The notes: generated by a model not told the origin, from the sequence alone. Positions 1 through 10,915 are shown, counted from the stretch's first letter. The stretch: 64,000 nucleotides of DNA from Pseudomonadota bacterium (GCA_021324755.1 JAJPIL010000027.1:1049-65048); one strand, 5' to 3'. A program made the numbers and translations.

Positions 1-2
1 CG

Positions 3-215
3 ATCGATCTGATCGCTGAACTTCGAGCCTCGCGGCTCGAACCCAAGCGGCTTCGCTTTGTTCATCCACGAGCCGATCGAAAAGCCTCGAACGTCTTGAT
101 CCAAGCGCAAAAAGGCGCGGGCACTGAACTTGCCGTGGAGCCTCCGTTAATACTTTACGAGGCTTCCGGTGCTTATACTGCGGAAGCCAGGAAAATATTG
201 GGCCTGGACGAGTAA
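3..215 (+). CDS. 3' end of tRNA1(Val) adenine(37)-N6 methyltransferase-like protein (YfiC/YabB family), truncated by window edge
   Basis: Manual translation, not in the ORF track: IDLIAELRASRLEPKRLRFVHPRADRKASNVLIQAQKGAGTELAVEPPLILYEASGAYTAEARKILGLDE*. LEPKRLRFVHP and PPLIL..G.YT are typical C-terminal motifs of this family. Confidence 0.75.
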   Translation: MDLIAELRASRLEPKRLRFVHPRADRKASNVLIQAQKGAGTELAVEPPLILYEASGAYTAEARKILGLDE

Positions 216-354
216 AAAATCCTGTAACTCGTTCGGTAGTCAAACCCGCGACCTTGGCCAAGCAATAACGTTCAACGCCGGAGCAAATGGTAATCTCAGG
301 TGGGCCAAGTAGGAGCCTTTTGCTCTAAAGCAACGCTTTTGTGAAATGAAGCGC

Positions 355-1212
355 CTAGTCCCGGGTCAAGAATTGCAATGCTATGTGCGCCACCTCTTGC
401 GGTTTCTCCATCGGCATCAGATGGTTCTCTTCGCTCAGGTCGAGAATCTCGGCGCTGCGCGCCTCGCTTTTGAGGCGTTTCACTGCAGCGGCGCGAAGTT
501 CGTGAGCCTGACGGGTTAAAACGATTAAAAGCGGTCTTTTCGCCTTGAGTATCAGACTTAGGCCGTCGAAATCCGGCGCGCCGTCATAGAGTTTGGCCTC
601 AACTTCTGGGGCGCATTTGAGCTCGCGCTTGCCATCGGCCGTTTCTCGCATGCCATAAAGGCAATATAACCTGAGCACGTTTCTGTCCCAGGTATCGAAT
701 GGCGGCTTGCTACCTAGATGCTCCATGGCATGGTCGATACTGTCGAAGATGCGCCGTCTTTTGAGCGTGGTTTCGACCAGCCATTGTCGGCGCTGATTAA
801 GAAGCTCTCGGTCAGCTGTATCGTGCACCACCGGGTCGATCAGGACGGCGCGAGAAAGTCGCTCCGGCTCGACCGCTGCCAAGCCCCCGAGCGCCGTGGC
901 GCCAGCCGAATGGCCGAAGCCCCGAATTTTTTGAAAGCCCATAGCATTTATGAACCCTCGCAGGTCGGCAAGCGTTGCGGGCCAGTTGTACACGCCGTCG
1001 GGCGCAGCGCCACTGTCGCCATGGCCCCTTTGGTCGTACGCAAAGACGTGGCCTATCCGCGTAAGTTCACGCGCTATGGGCTCGTACACGCGGCCAAGGA
1101 AGCCCGTCGCATGGACGATCACGATCGGTTCACCGGCTCCTCCCCAGTCGAGATAGTGGAGCCGTATTCCGTTTACGGTGACGTAGTCCTCTCGAGGCTC
1201 AATTCCGCTCAA
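355..1212 (-). CDS. alpha/beta hydrolase
   Basis: HYLDWGG, HATGF oxyanion region, DQRGHGDS, nucleophile GHSAG, C-terminal HLMPMEKP. Confidence 0.9.
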   Translation of the reverse strand: MSGIEPREDYVTVNGIRLHYLDWGGAGEPIVIVHATGFLGRVYEPIARELTRIGHVFAYDQRGHGDSGAAPDGVYNWPATLADLRGFINAMGFQKIRGFGHSAGATALGGLAAVEPERLSRAVLIDPVVHDTADRELLNQRRQWLVETTLKRRRIFDSIDHAMEHLGSKPPFDTWDRNVLRLYCLYGMRETADGKRELKCAPEVEAKLYDGAPDFDGLSLILKAKRPLLIVLTRQAHELRAAAVKRLKSEARSAEILDLSEENHLMPMEKPQEVAHIALQFLTRD

Positions 1213-1742
1213 TTTTAAGACCTCACGTATTTCTGGGCGAAATTCCTATCGTTTTATAGTAAAGCACGGTTAGCGTCGCGCTGCATGGCTTTCAAGGCCA
1301 AGTTTTGGGGCGCCCAAAGCGCTTGCTCGCATAAACCGCTTTATAGGTTATAGGCAATCTAGGACAGGGTTTAAACTTTTTCTAGCTTTGCACCGAGGAA
1401 TTGGATCAGAAACGGTTTTGAAAGAAACTCGCCGCCTTAAAAAGCCTCGTGCAATTAAGCGGACTTCAAGCGGGGCTTGGCAAAAGGTTTTGCCTTCATC
1501 AAGCTTTTTGGAGCTAAGTATAGTCGAGAGTTCGGGGCAAGCGGCAGGGATAGCGCCGGTACGGTAATTTGTTAGCATAAACGTGACCCCGTAGAAGGTG
1601 TTCGTATGACATTTCCAAGAGTCAGTCACTTCTAGCTCATGATTACGTTTTCAAAGAAGGGTTGCCGGTTGGATGCTGAGAAGATGCCGATGCGCAACCC
1701 AGTATCGGCTCCGCGCAATTCTTTGCTGAGCACAACGAGGGA

Positions 1743-2360
1743 ATGATTACTATAGGCCTTACGGGTGGAATCGGCGCCGGCAAAAGCTCGGTTGCGAAAA
1801 TTTTAGCGGAGCTGGGGGCGCCAGTAATTAACGCTGACGAAATAGGACATTCCGTATACTTGCCGGGCGAGCCTGCCTACAGGGAATTAATCGACGCCTT
1901 TGGGCAGGAAATTGTAGCTTCTGATGGAACGATCGACCGCAAGCGGCTAGGCGCGATCGTATTTTCCGACGCTGAAGCTTTACGCCGATTGAATTCGATC
2001 GTTCATCCGCGAATTCATCAACGGCTGCGAGAGATGATCGCGGCGATGCGCAAGCAGGGAGAAGCGCGCCCTATCGTAATCGAGGCGGCCGTTCTGATAG
2101 AAGCGGGATGGCACGACCTGTGCCAGCAGATATGGGTAATTACCGCGCCCAGGGAAGAGATAATTCGCCGACTAGAGAGCCAGCGCGGGTTGAGACCGGA
2201 GGAGATTAGGGCGCGAATCGAAGCTCAACTCAGCGACGATGAGCGCCGAAAGCTTGCGGTCGCGGTGATCGAAAACAATCAAGGCTTCGAAGAGCTAAGG
2301 GAAAAGGTTCGCGCCTTGTGGGAGAAAACCCTTGATGAGTCGACTCGGTCATGCAACTAG
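1743..2360 (+). CDS. coaE: dephospho-CoA kinase
   Basis: IGLTGGIGAGKS P-loop, IDRKRLGAIVF, LNSIVHP; GAGGG RBS upstream. Confidence 0.97.
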   Translation: MITIGLTGGIGAGKSSVAKILAELGAPVINADEIGHSVYLPGEPAYRELIDAFGQEIVASDGTIDRKRLGAIVFSDAEALRRLNSIVHPRIHQRLREMIAAMRKQGEARPIVIEAAVLIEAGWHDLCQQIWVITAPREEIIRRLESQRGLRPEEIRARIEAQLSDDERRKLAVAVIENNQGFEELREKVRALWEKTLDESTRSCN

Positions 2361-2561
2361 TGGTTCTTGCCCGCGCACCGAAAGAATTGCATCGCTAAAT
2401 GGCTGGAGCGGCGGGTTAATCCAAGATAAGGATCGGTCCTGCCTGGGAAGTAGGGACGTCATCGATGCTTATTCGGAGAGTCGTTAAGAACTCGGCGCGA
2501 TGGCTCAAGACGGGCATACCTAAACGGAAATACGGTTTTTTGTTTCTGCCAGAGGGTTGAA

Positions 2562-3494
2562 ATGAAGATTTTAGTGATGGGTGCCGGAGCAGTGGGGGCT
2601 TATTTTGGTGCCAGGCTTCAAGCCGCGGGCGAAGAGGTCGTGTTCTGCGCTCGGGGAGAAAACCTAAAGGCTCTTAAAGAGCGCGGTCTGGAAGTCAAAA
2701 GTTATCTCGGAGACCTCGAACTTAGGGTTGTCGCGACCGAGGAACCGAGGGAGTATGCCCCATACGACCTGGTGCTTTTCTGTGTAAAGTTGTACGACAC
2801 CGAGCAGGCTGCCGACAAACTCAAGGGCACACTTGCGCCAGGCGGCGTAATTATGACTTTGCAGAACGGAATAGAGGGCGAAGCTCGGCTGGCGGAAATT
2901 TTTGGAAAAGAGTGCATGATGGCGGGCAATGCCCGCGTGGGTGTGGAATTGGTCGCGCCTGGCAAAGTGGTCCACTCGACCACGGGCACGATAGAGTTTG
3001 GCGAGTTAGACGGGCGGATAACGCAGCGCGCACAGGCTATTGCCGAGGTGTTCGAGCGCGCTGGCATCCTCGGCGAACTCACCACAGATTTGCGCGCCAA
3101 GCGCTGGGAGAAACTGATGTGGAACGCCACTTTCAACACCTTGACCACGCTGACTCGCCGGCGCGTCGGCGAGGTGCTGGCCGACTCCCAGGGACGCGAG
3201 CTCGCGCGCGCCTTGATGTACGAGGTTCAGGCCGTCGCTCGCGCCGACGGTGTCGAGCTTTCGAACGAAAGGGTCGAGGCACTGTTCACGCACTCGATCG
3301 CAAAACTGTCACCACTTAAAACCTCTACTTTTCAAGACCTCGAGCGGGGAAAGCGCCTAGAATATGATGCACTGACCGGTGCTGTCCTTCGGGTGGCCAA
3401 GCGTCATGGTGTAAGGGTGCCTATAACGGAGACCGTACACACTCTTATTAAACTGCTGGACGACGGCCTTCGAGCAGCATCTAAGCCGTCCTAA
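2562..3494 (+). CDS. panE: 2-dehydropantoate 2-reductase (ApbA/PanE family)
   Basis: GAGAVG Rossmann motif, CVKLYD, TLQNG, WEKLMWN, STFQDL..GKRLE. Confidence 0.9.
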   Translation: MKILVMGAGAVGAYFGARLQAAGEEVVFCARGENLKALKERGLEVKSYLGDLELRVVATEEPREYAPYDLVLFCVKLYDTEQAADKLKGTLAPGGVIMTLQNGIEGEARLAEIFGKECMMAGNARVGVELVAPGKVVHSTTGTIEFGELDGRITQRAQAIAEVFERAGILGELTTDLRAKRWEKLMWNATFNTLTTLTRRRVGEVLADSQGRELARALMYEVQAVARADGVELSNERVEALFTHSIAKLSPLKTSTFQDLERGKRLEYDALTGAVLRVAKRHGVRVPITETVHTLIKLLDDGLRAASKPS

Positions 3495-4025
3495 CCAAGC
3501 TCGGCGCCGTCCGAATTGGTTTGCGCTTGGCAAACGGCGCTCGATAGCCTCCTAGGCTCTGGCGCGCTGCAAAAAGTTCTTACTCGTGGGGAATCCTGAT
3601 GGGCCGATTGTTTGCGCGGCCGTCGCTCGCCTTTTATCAACGCGCTTGCGGGTGTTTTAAGTGGTATCGCTGGGCCTCCAGCTGGATCGATATTGAACCG
3701 ACTTTGGCGGCCCAAATTTTCTCGCTCGCAGCTTGCGTATTGTTACGTGGCGTGAGCACACCTGGTCCTGTTCATCCGGTCCTGGGAACGCATTGACCGC
3801 ATTGGACGATAGGAGTGAGATTCAGTCGACCTTTGTGGTTCGATTGCTTCGACCGGCTCGAGGCTTTGAGTTTTGGCGTCAGTACTCATTCGCTGGCCGC
3901 AAGCCCGGGTTTTTGCTAGGCAATAATAGTTAGCTAGTGTGGTGGCACCGCTAGGTTACGTGATACCGCGGCGGCGTTGGGCTCAGGGTTAATTTCATAC
4001 GCTTCAAGGGGGATAGGATAAAGCA

Positions 4026-5111
4026 ATGAAAGCAGCTGTCTTTCGGGAACCAGGAAAGCCTTTGACGATCGAAGACCTCCATGTAGATAAACCTCGGGGC
4101 AGAGAAGTACTAGTTAGGACCGTAGCAGCGGGCGTTTGCCACAGCGATTTGCACTTTGTTGAGGGATTGTATCCTTATCCCGCACCAGCCGTGCTTGGCC
4201 ATGAGTCAGCAGGAATAGTCGAACAAGTTGGCGAACAAGTAACTTACGTCAGCCCTGGAGACCATGTAATCGCGTGTTTGACTGTCTTTTGCGGGTCGTG
4301 CGAGCAGTGCTTGTCCGGGCGCCCCAATTTGTGCTCTAACCGCGCTGCGACCCAACGCGATCCCTCCGGCGAGCCGCGCTTGAAGCTCGGCAACGAAATG
4401 GTTCATCAGTTCATGGATATCGGCGGCTACGCCGAAAAGATGCTGCTGCACGAGAACGCCGTGGTCAAAGTTACCAAGGAGATACCGCTCGATCGCGCCG
4501 CGCTTATAGGATGTGCCGTAACAACCGGACTGGGTGCGGTGTTCAACACCGCCAAGGTTCAACCAGGCTCCTCGGTTGCGGTCTTCGGATGTGGGGGCGT
4601 GGGGCTAGCTGTGGTGCAAGGCGCAAAACTTGCCGGCGCTCGGCAAATAATTGCGGTAGACGTCTTTGAGCACAAACTTGAAACCGCGAAGAAATTTGGC
4701 GCTACCCACACGGTCGTAGCCGCTGGAGATAATCCAGTGCGTAAAATCCGCGAATTGAGCGGCGGGGGTGTGGATTACTCGTTCGAGGCGATAGGCAAGA
4801 AAGAGACGGCCGAGCAAGCGTTCTACTGTCTTGCTCCAGGCGGGACTGCTACCGTTATCGGGATGGTGCCCGGCAAGGACAAGATCGAAATTGACGGCCG
4901 CCACTTCCTGGTGGAGAAAAGAATTCAAGGCACGTTCATGGGTTCAGCCCGCCATCGGATCGATATCCCCCGCTACGTGGACTTTTATCTCCAGGGACGG
5001 CTTAACCTGGACGATATGGTGACGCGCCGGCGGCGCCTCGACGAGATAAATCAGGCTTTCGAGGCGATGAAAGCCGGCGAAGTAGTGCGCACGGTACTGA
5101 CTTTTAATTAG
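4026..5111 (+). CDS. Zn-dependent alcohol dehydrogenase (class III-like MDR)
   Basis: GVCHSD, GHE, structural Zn site CGSCEQC-x7-C, GCGGVG. Confidence 0.93.
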   Translation: MKAAVFREPGKPLTIEDLHVDKPRGREVLVRTVAAGVCHSDLHFVEGLYPYPAPAVLGHESAGIVEQVGEQVTYVSPGDHVIACLTVFCGSCEQCLSGRPNLCSNRAATQRDPSGEPRLKLGNEMVHQFMDIGGYAEKMLLHENAVVKVTKEIPLDRAALIGCAVTTGLGAVFNTAKVQPGSSVAVFGCGGVGLAVVQGAKLAGARQIIAVDVFEHKLETAKKFGATHTVVAAGDNPVRKIRELSGGGVDYSFEAIGKKETAEQAFYCLAPGGTATVIGMVPGKDKIEIDGRHFLVEKRIQGTFMGSARHRIDIPRYVDFYLQGRLNLDDMVTRRRRLDEINQAFEAMKAGEVVRTVLTFN

Positions 5112-5341
5112 GTAATCATGTAAACGCGGCCTGTTGGCTTTAGCCTGGGACGGCCTGGGGATAAGTTTAGGTTTGCCCAGATGACGTTATGGTAGTTTTG
5201 AAGCGATGGTCTTGCCGATTCGTGTTCGGATGGTAAAGCCGGTAGTATGTGGCGATAGGATCGCCAGTTTTTAGGCAGGGGCAAGCTGTCGCCGCGAGCA
5301 TATCCAATTGCCGTTGTTGGTTCAGTAAGAGGAAGAACTGA

Positions 5342-6271
5342 GTGCCATTAGATTGGCAGATTCGCGCGTTTCTTGAGCTTTTCGAGAGGGGCGAGGCGCT
5401 CGCTTTCCATGCGCTTGGGGTCGAGAAGGCTCGCCGCGCCATAGCCGAGCAAAGCATACCGCTTGGCCCGCCTCAGCCGGTTGCTGCGGTGGAGGACCGT
5501 AGTATCCCGGGGCCGGACGGAGAGGTCACCGTGCGTATTTATCGGCCTTATGACCCGGTTCCTGCTGGCGCCCTCGTGTACTTCCATGGCGGCGGATGGG
5601 TTCTGGGAAGCATCGCAACGCACGACGCAGTGTGCCGGGCCCTGACCAACGCCGCGGGATGCGTTACGGTGTCAGTGGAGTATCGCCTTGCGCCCGAGCA
5701 CAAGTTTCCCGCCGGGCTCGAAGATTGTTTCGCCGCCACAGGATGGGTGGTCGAGAACGCCGAGAATCTGGGTCTTCGCGCGCCCAAAGTCGCCGTTGGC
5801 GGAGACAGCGCGGGCGGAAACCTCGCAGCTTGCGTGGCGCTTAAAGCTCGCGAGCTTGGCGGGCCCCAAATTGCTGCTCAGCTACTAATCTATCCCGTTA
5901 TCGACGACTCGCTCGACACCCCCTCCTACGAGGCTTTTGGCCAAGGCTACTTTCTTACGCGAGCGGACATGGAATGGTTCTGGAATCTTTACGTCAAGGA
6001 TCCCTCGGATCGGGACAATCCGCTGTGCTGTCCTTCCAAGGCTAAAAGCGTAGACGGGTTACCGCCGGCGCTGATAGTTACGGCCGAGTTCGACCCGCTG
6101 CGGGACGAGGCCGAGCAATATGCGCAGCGTTTGAAAGCGGCGGGTGTGCCCGTAACTTTGAAACGCTATGACGGCATGATTCACGGTTTCTTTCGCTTGG
6201 GCCACTTGGTGGAGCGAGCTCGATGTGCCGTCAAAGAAGTCGGCGAGTTGTTGCGGCTTGCGCTGACATAA
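5342..6271 (+). CDS. HSL-family (family IV) esterase/lipase
   Basis: HGGGW, GDSAGG, DPLRDE, HGF motifs. Confidence 0.93.
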   Translation: MPLDWQIRAFLELFERGEALAFHALGVEKARRAIAEQSIPLGPPQPVAAVEDRSIPGPDGEVTVRIYRPYDPVPAGALVYFHGGGWVLGSIATHDAVCRALTNAAGCVTVSVEYRLAPEHKFPAGLEDCFAATGWVVENAENLGLRAPKVAVGGDSAGGNLAACVALKARELGGPQIAAQLLIYPVIDDSLDTPSYEAFGQGYFLTRADMEWFWNLYVKDPSDRDNPLCCPSKAKSVDGLPPALIVTAEFDPLRDEAEQYAQRLKAAGVPVTLKRYDGMIHGFFRLGHLVERARCAVKEVGELLRLALT

Positions 6272-6368
6272 GAGGAGCGCGCCGCTTCGACGCCCTCATG
6301 CGGATCTTACACCTGCGAGATTCGCTACGATGAAGTTGCGCGCAAAAGGCAGCCGCGGCGTCCCGTTT

Positions 6369-7133
6369 TTACCAGCGTTCGTACTCGACCCAACGGCGTG
6401 GATAGCCGGCGCCGCGCAGCAGGTCTCTGAGCTTTAGCACGTCGTTGCCGACTCCGCAAATGTAGAAATGACGCTCCCGTAGCGCGTCGCCTTTTACATA
6501 GCGGCGCTCGAGATCGTCCAGTAGCGCCGACAAACGGCCAGTGGCAGTGATTATAGGCTCAAAGCGAAAGCGTGGATCGCGCTGCGCCAGGGCTTCGAAT
6601 TCGCTTCGATAAAGCAGGTGTTCGCCGTCGGGGGCAGTGTAAATCAAGCTAAGCGGGGGATGGTCTGGGGTGCTAATTGCTCGCCGAAGCATCGGTCGAA
6701 TCGGGGCGATAGCTGTACCTTCCGCGATGAAAACCGTTTCGACCTGCGGCGGCTCGTTTAAAGTAAAAACTCCAAAGGGCCCGGTGAAACTTAGAGTCGA
6801 ACCCTCTTTTAGGCTAAACAGATAATTAGAGCCGACTCCTCCGTCGATTAGATTGAGGCAAATCTCGAACGGTTGGCCATCCTCGGGGCTGGATGCGAGC
6901 GAGTAAGACCGCGTAATCGGCTTATCGCCGGCGGGAATTATCACGGAAATGAATTGGCCAGGAGCGAACGAAAACTCGCTTGCGCCTGGAATTCGAATGA
7001 GCAGCGAGCGGGTATCGCTGTTATGAATCACGACCCTTTCGATCACGCCCTCGTACGGAACGCGCCGCTTTATGCCGATAAACTCTTGAGCCAAGGCTGA
7101 CGACTTCCCTTTGTCTGGAAAAGTTTCTTTCAA
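6369..7133 (-). CDS. FNR-family FAD/NAD(P)-binding oxidoreductase (start uncertain)
   Basis: PGQF, RSYSLAS, GVGSNYL, GPFG, GTAIAP, YICG, terminal ERW. Confidence 0.88.
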   Translation of the reverse strand: MKETFPDKGKSSALAQEFIGIKRRVPYEGVIERVVIHNSDTRSLLIRIPGASEFSFAPGQFISVIIPAGDKPITRSYSLASSPEDGQPFEICLNLIDGGVGSNYLFSLKEGSTLSFTGPFGVFTLNEPPQVETVFIAEGTAIAPIRPMLRRAISTPDHPPLSLIYTAPDGEHLLYRSEFEALAQRDPRFRFEPIITATGRLSALLDDLERRYVKGDALRERHFYICGVGNDVLKLRDLLRGAGYPRRWVEYERW

Positions 7134-7381
7134 GATTGACTATATCACCATCGTCGATATTTTTCTTACGCGTATCTCTTGCCCTGAAGCCCTTTGGCAC
7201 CGTGTTCGAAAGGCCATTTTGTCCGATGCTTCAGCGAAACAATCGCTTGTGCATCCAGCGTTCGGTCGCCAAACACAGTGCGCAGCGTCGTTCAAGCCGT
7301 CCGTTTTTTGACATTAGCGCGGTCGCCCGCGGTCTCTATCTGTTCGGACTTGGGACGGCCGAGGTACGGAAGGTCGCTAGC

Positions 7382-8242
7382 TTAAACGGGAATTCGTGCT
7401 GTTGCGCTAAAGCCGGCGCGCCCGCTCGATTTTATTTCAACCTGACCGTTTAAGGCGGCTAGATGGTAGCACGCCAAAAGAGATGAAAGTTGGGAGGGAC
7501 GAACCTTGTCCGGCTTTGGGTGGGTTAAAAAACCGTATGGGGAACTTAAGTTGCGTCCAGGTCGCATTGGCGAAGCTTTGTGCACTCGAAATGTCAATGC
7601 CAGGCGTTTCCCAGAACTTAACTTTCGACTGTACACGAGCTCGATTGTCAGTCGGTTAGGAGCCGCTCGCTCGGTCAGCGACGCTACAAGATTGAGCACA
7701 AAAGAGCGTACATGACGCCAGTCGGCGTGTAGCGTGGTATGGGGCGACTTGTTTTTAATCAAAAGCTTGCTGTTTTTACGTCGACACAAATGTTCCAGTA
7801 CTGGGGCAAGCTCTCTTATAAGCTCGTCGGTTTGGAACGTCTCGGCGCAGGTGTAGTCGGCGCTAGCACTTGCAAGAGCGGCATCCGCGATGTTTCCCAC
7901 AGCGTAGTCCAATCCATACAGCGCAGAGCGAAGCCGTTCGAGAAGGATTCGCTCCGTGCGGTAGTTTTTCGATACGCGCGCTCGCTCGGTCAGTATTTCG
8001 ACGAAACCCAGTGCGGGCTGAAGCCTTTCTCTCAGTTCACCGATAAGCTCGCCTAGCGAGGGTGGGGTTAGAGTTTGTCGTAGCTGATAGGCGAAATTGA
8101 TTTTCCCATTAGCAGTCGACAAAGCTTTTAGTTCGTTCGTCTGTGATGGCACCATAATCCCCGTCTCCGTTTTTCTCGCTCTCGCCTCGCGCTTCTTGAC
8201 GTTTCGTTGTGGGAATCTACGAGATGGGGAAAATGTCGCCAA
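7382..8242 (-). CDS. degenerate histidine kinase-like protein (pseudokinase; HisKA/HATPase-like fold without catalytic residues)
   Basis: IGELRERLQPALGFVEIL resembles the H-box with His replaced by Gly. DWRHVRSFVLNLV resembles the N-box. LNGQVEIKSSGRAGFSATARIP resembles the HATPase C-terminus. G1 and G2 boxes are absent. Confidence 0.6.
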   Translation of the reverse strand: MATFSPSRRFPQRNVKKREARARKTETGIMVPSQTNELKALSTANGKINFAYQLRQTLTPPSLGELIGELRERLQPALGFVEILTERARVSKNYRTERILLERLRSALYGLDYAVGNIADAALASASADYTCAETFQTDELIRELAPVLEHLCRRKNSKLLIKNKSPHTTLHADWRHVRSFVLNLVASLTERAAPNRLTIELVYSRKLSSGKRLALTFRVHKASPMRPGRNLSSPYGFLTHPKPDKVRPSQLSSLLACYHLAALNGQVEIKSSGRAGFSATARIPV

Positions 8243-9052
8243 TTGGGCAGTTTACCTATTTCGGCAAGAAAAATTACCTAGAAAGTCTACGAGTCCCGCT
8301 GATTAGGAGTTGTAAGGGCGAGGGAGATCGCGCAGCAAGCTGCTGGCGTGGGGGCTGACATCGCAAGACAAAAAACTTCATTCACGAGGGCTTGACGATT
8401 GATTGCCTTTAGGCTATTTTAAATGCACCTTCGCGATTTTAGTTGACGATTGGGCGAAGGAACGTTTTGCGGCATTTTATCAGCACCCGCGAGTGTTTGC
8501 CCTGAGAGCAAAACAGCTAGCACGCTTCAAAGATCACGCCGCCTTGTGGGTTGCTTGCTCAGCTTGTAACGGCACCGGTATTTGCGCGGCGGTCAAAGTT
8601 CCTGTTCAGACTGGTTGACTTCGCAATTCTGCGACGAATCGCGCGGTATACGATATGGTGTGCGGGAGGCTGCCGCTTGGAGGCGCGGTGGCGGGACGGC
8701 ACGGCGTTAAAACCGTCTTTAAAACTCGGGTTCGTGATGCATTAGATCGGTAGCGCCGTGCAGCTGAGCCTCTAGCGCGATTTGCGCTCGCGCTCGCACG
8801 AGACGATGGCGGCGTTTTTTTCGCGCAGGCGGACGGTTTGGCGGCTTTGGGATGCGTTTTTGGATAGAAGCACGGAACCTTCATGACTGTCCGCGGTTTT
8901 TCAAGCGTTTATTTTCAGACGATTTGATTTTGAAGCAGGTTGCAACGCAGATTGGCGCGACCAAATTCGATTACACTGCGCGGCATCGGCCTTTTTGAAT
9001 TCGGCGGAACGCACAAAGCTTAGACTTTACTCTGATTACACAAGGAGGCGGC

Positions 9053-10357
9053 ATGGTTAATAATCGCCCAGGGGCAGAGGAACTGGCTCAGGAATGGCAG
9101 ACGAATCCGCGTTGGAAGGGGATAAAGCGAGGTTACACGGCGCACGACGTGGTACGCCTGCGAGGCACGATCCATGTAGAGTATTCGCTTGCCAAGTATG
9201 GAGCAACAAAGCTTTGGCGATTGCTCGAGACGGAGCCTTTTGTTGCTGCGTTAGGCGCGATGACGGGCAATCAGGCGATGCAGCAAGTAAAGGCCGGCCT
9301 CAAGGCGATATATGTGTCAGGATGGCAGGTGGCAGCGGACGCCAACGAGGCGCTTACGATGTACCCTGACCTGTCTCTTTATCCGTCCGATAGCGTGCCG
9401 AAGGTCGTCGAACGGATTAACAACGCCCTTTTGCGGGCGGACGAGCTGAGCCACGCCGAAGGCGACGACTCGATCGATTGGCTAGTTCCGATCGTGGCTG
9501 ACGCCGAGGCGGGCTTTGGAGGAGTCCTCAACGCCTTCGAACTTACCAAGGCGATGATTCGCGCGGGCGCGGCAGCCGTGCACTTCGAGGACCAGCTCGC
9601 AGCGGCCAAAAAGTGCGGCCACATGGGTGGCAAAGTGTTGGTCTCCACACAGGAAGCGATCGCCAGGTTAATTGCCGCGCGCTTGGCAGCAGACATCATG
9701 GGAGTTCCGACTATTTTGATAGCCCGCACCGATGCCGAAGGCGCAAGCTTAGTGACGACTGATATCGACCCGAGAGACCGCCAGTTCATGACCGGCGAAC
9801 GCACCACCGAGGGCTTTTTCCGCACGCGAGCGGGGCTGGAGCAAGCGGTTGCGCGCGCGCTGGCGTATGCACCGTACGCCGACATGATCTGGTGCGAAAC
9901 CTCCACGCCCGACCTGCATTTTGCCGAACAGTTTGCGCAAGCCGTGCACAAAGAGTATCCGGGCAAGCTGCTCGCCTACAATCTGTCGCCTTCGTTCAAC
10001 TGGTCGGCGCATCTATCCGAAACGCAAATCGCAAAGTTCCAAAGCCAGCTCGCCCGCTTCGGTTACAAGTTTCAGTTCATCACCTTGGCGGGCTTTCATA
10101 CTTTGAACTACTCGATGTTCACGCTTGCCCACGGATACAAAGAGCGACACATGTCGGCCTACGCCGAATTGCAAAACGCCGAGTTTGCGGCCGAAAAACT
10201 CGGTTACACCGCAACTCGGCATCAGCGCGAGGTCGGTGCTGCATACTTCGACCTGATTGCGGAAACCGTATGGGGAGGTGAAACTTCGATCAAAGCACTT
10301 TCAGGCTCAACCGAAGAGGCTCAGTTCACCTCCAAGGTGGCGGTTGGCGAAAATTGA
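9053..10357 (+). CDS. aceA: isocitrate lyase
   Basis: KKCGHMGGK signature, [27 protein letters not shown]; AAGGAGG RBS. Confidence 0.99.
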   Translation: MVNNRPGAEELAQEWQTNPRWKGIKRGYTAHDVVRLRGTIHVEYSLAKYGATKLWRLLETEPFVAALGAMTGNQAMQQVKAGLKAIYVSGWQVAADANEALTMYPDLSLYPSDSVPKVVERINNALLRADELSHAEGDDSIDWLVPIVADAEAGFGGVLNAFELTKAMIRAGAAAVHFEDQLAAAKKCGHMGGKVLVSTQEAIARLIAARLAADIMGVPTILIARTDAEGASLVTTDIDPRDRQFMTGERTTEGFFRTRAGLEQAVARALAYAPYADMIWCETSTPDLHFAEQFAQAVHKEYPGKLLAYNLSPSFNWSAHLSETQIAKFQSQLARFGYKFQFITLAGFHTLNYSMFTLAHGYKERHMSAYAELQNAEFAAEKLGYTATRHQREVGAAYFDLIAETVWGGETSIKALSGSTEEAQFTSKVAVGEN

Positions 10358-10449
10358 TGAAAAATTAGGTTTTGCGGTTCGGACGTCCTAGGAGTTACCA
10401 GCTCACCAGAAGACAAGCTGGAACCGTCGTCCGAATCAGTAAGGAGAAG

Positions 10450-10497
10450 AGCGAGAGGGCTGTCCGCTAGCGTGCGGAAGCCCTCTCGCTTTTTTTT
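10450..10497 (+). terminator. intrinsic terminator downstream of aceA
   Basis: AGCGAGAGGGCT (10450-10461) / AGCCCTCTCGCT (10479-10490), a perfect 12-bp stem followed by a T run. Confidence 0.9.
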
Positions 10498-10915
10498 AAA
10501 TTCATGCTTGGGCCCACGATGGGATAAGGTCCAAGAAAAGCGTAGCGGAGGCGATCTAGAGAGCATACGGGGCACGGTTTTGGCCGGTGTTACCTGTCGG
10601 GTCGTCATTTTCCAGCTGATTGGCGGCAGCGTTTCCTCCTTCATCTTCACGAGAAAATCGCAAAGCTGAGCCCTGACCCGCCGATCTTCCGTGTGGCAGG
10701 GTAGGTAGGGCGAGGCCAGGGTTTCAATCGTTTTTTCGAAGACGCGTTGCGCAAAATATTGAAAAGCGTCGAGCCACCGATAGCCTCTGGCCAGCTTCGA
10801 TTTGCTCAAGGCCTTCGGCAAGCGCCGCCGACAAAAGAGATTCGTTGCCAGCTCTTGAGAGTTGCAATTTTATTAGGCGGGTTTGCGCTTCTTGTAGGCT
10901 CAGATGAGCATGACC

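Noticed and set aside
2361-2561. coaE-panE spacer as a pan-motif RNA
   Set aside because: Only one imperfect hairpin is visible; cannot be supported without a covariance-model search.
10321-10821. 166-aa minus-strand ORF after aceA
   Set aside because: It runs through the aceA terminator and 3' end and has no recognisable domain.
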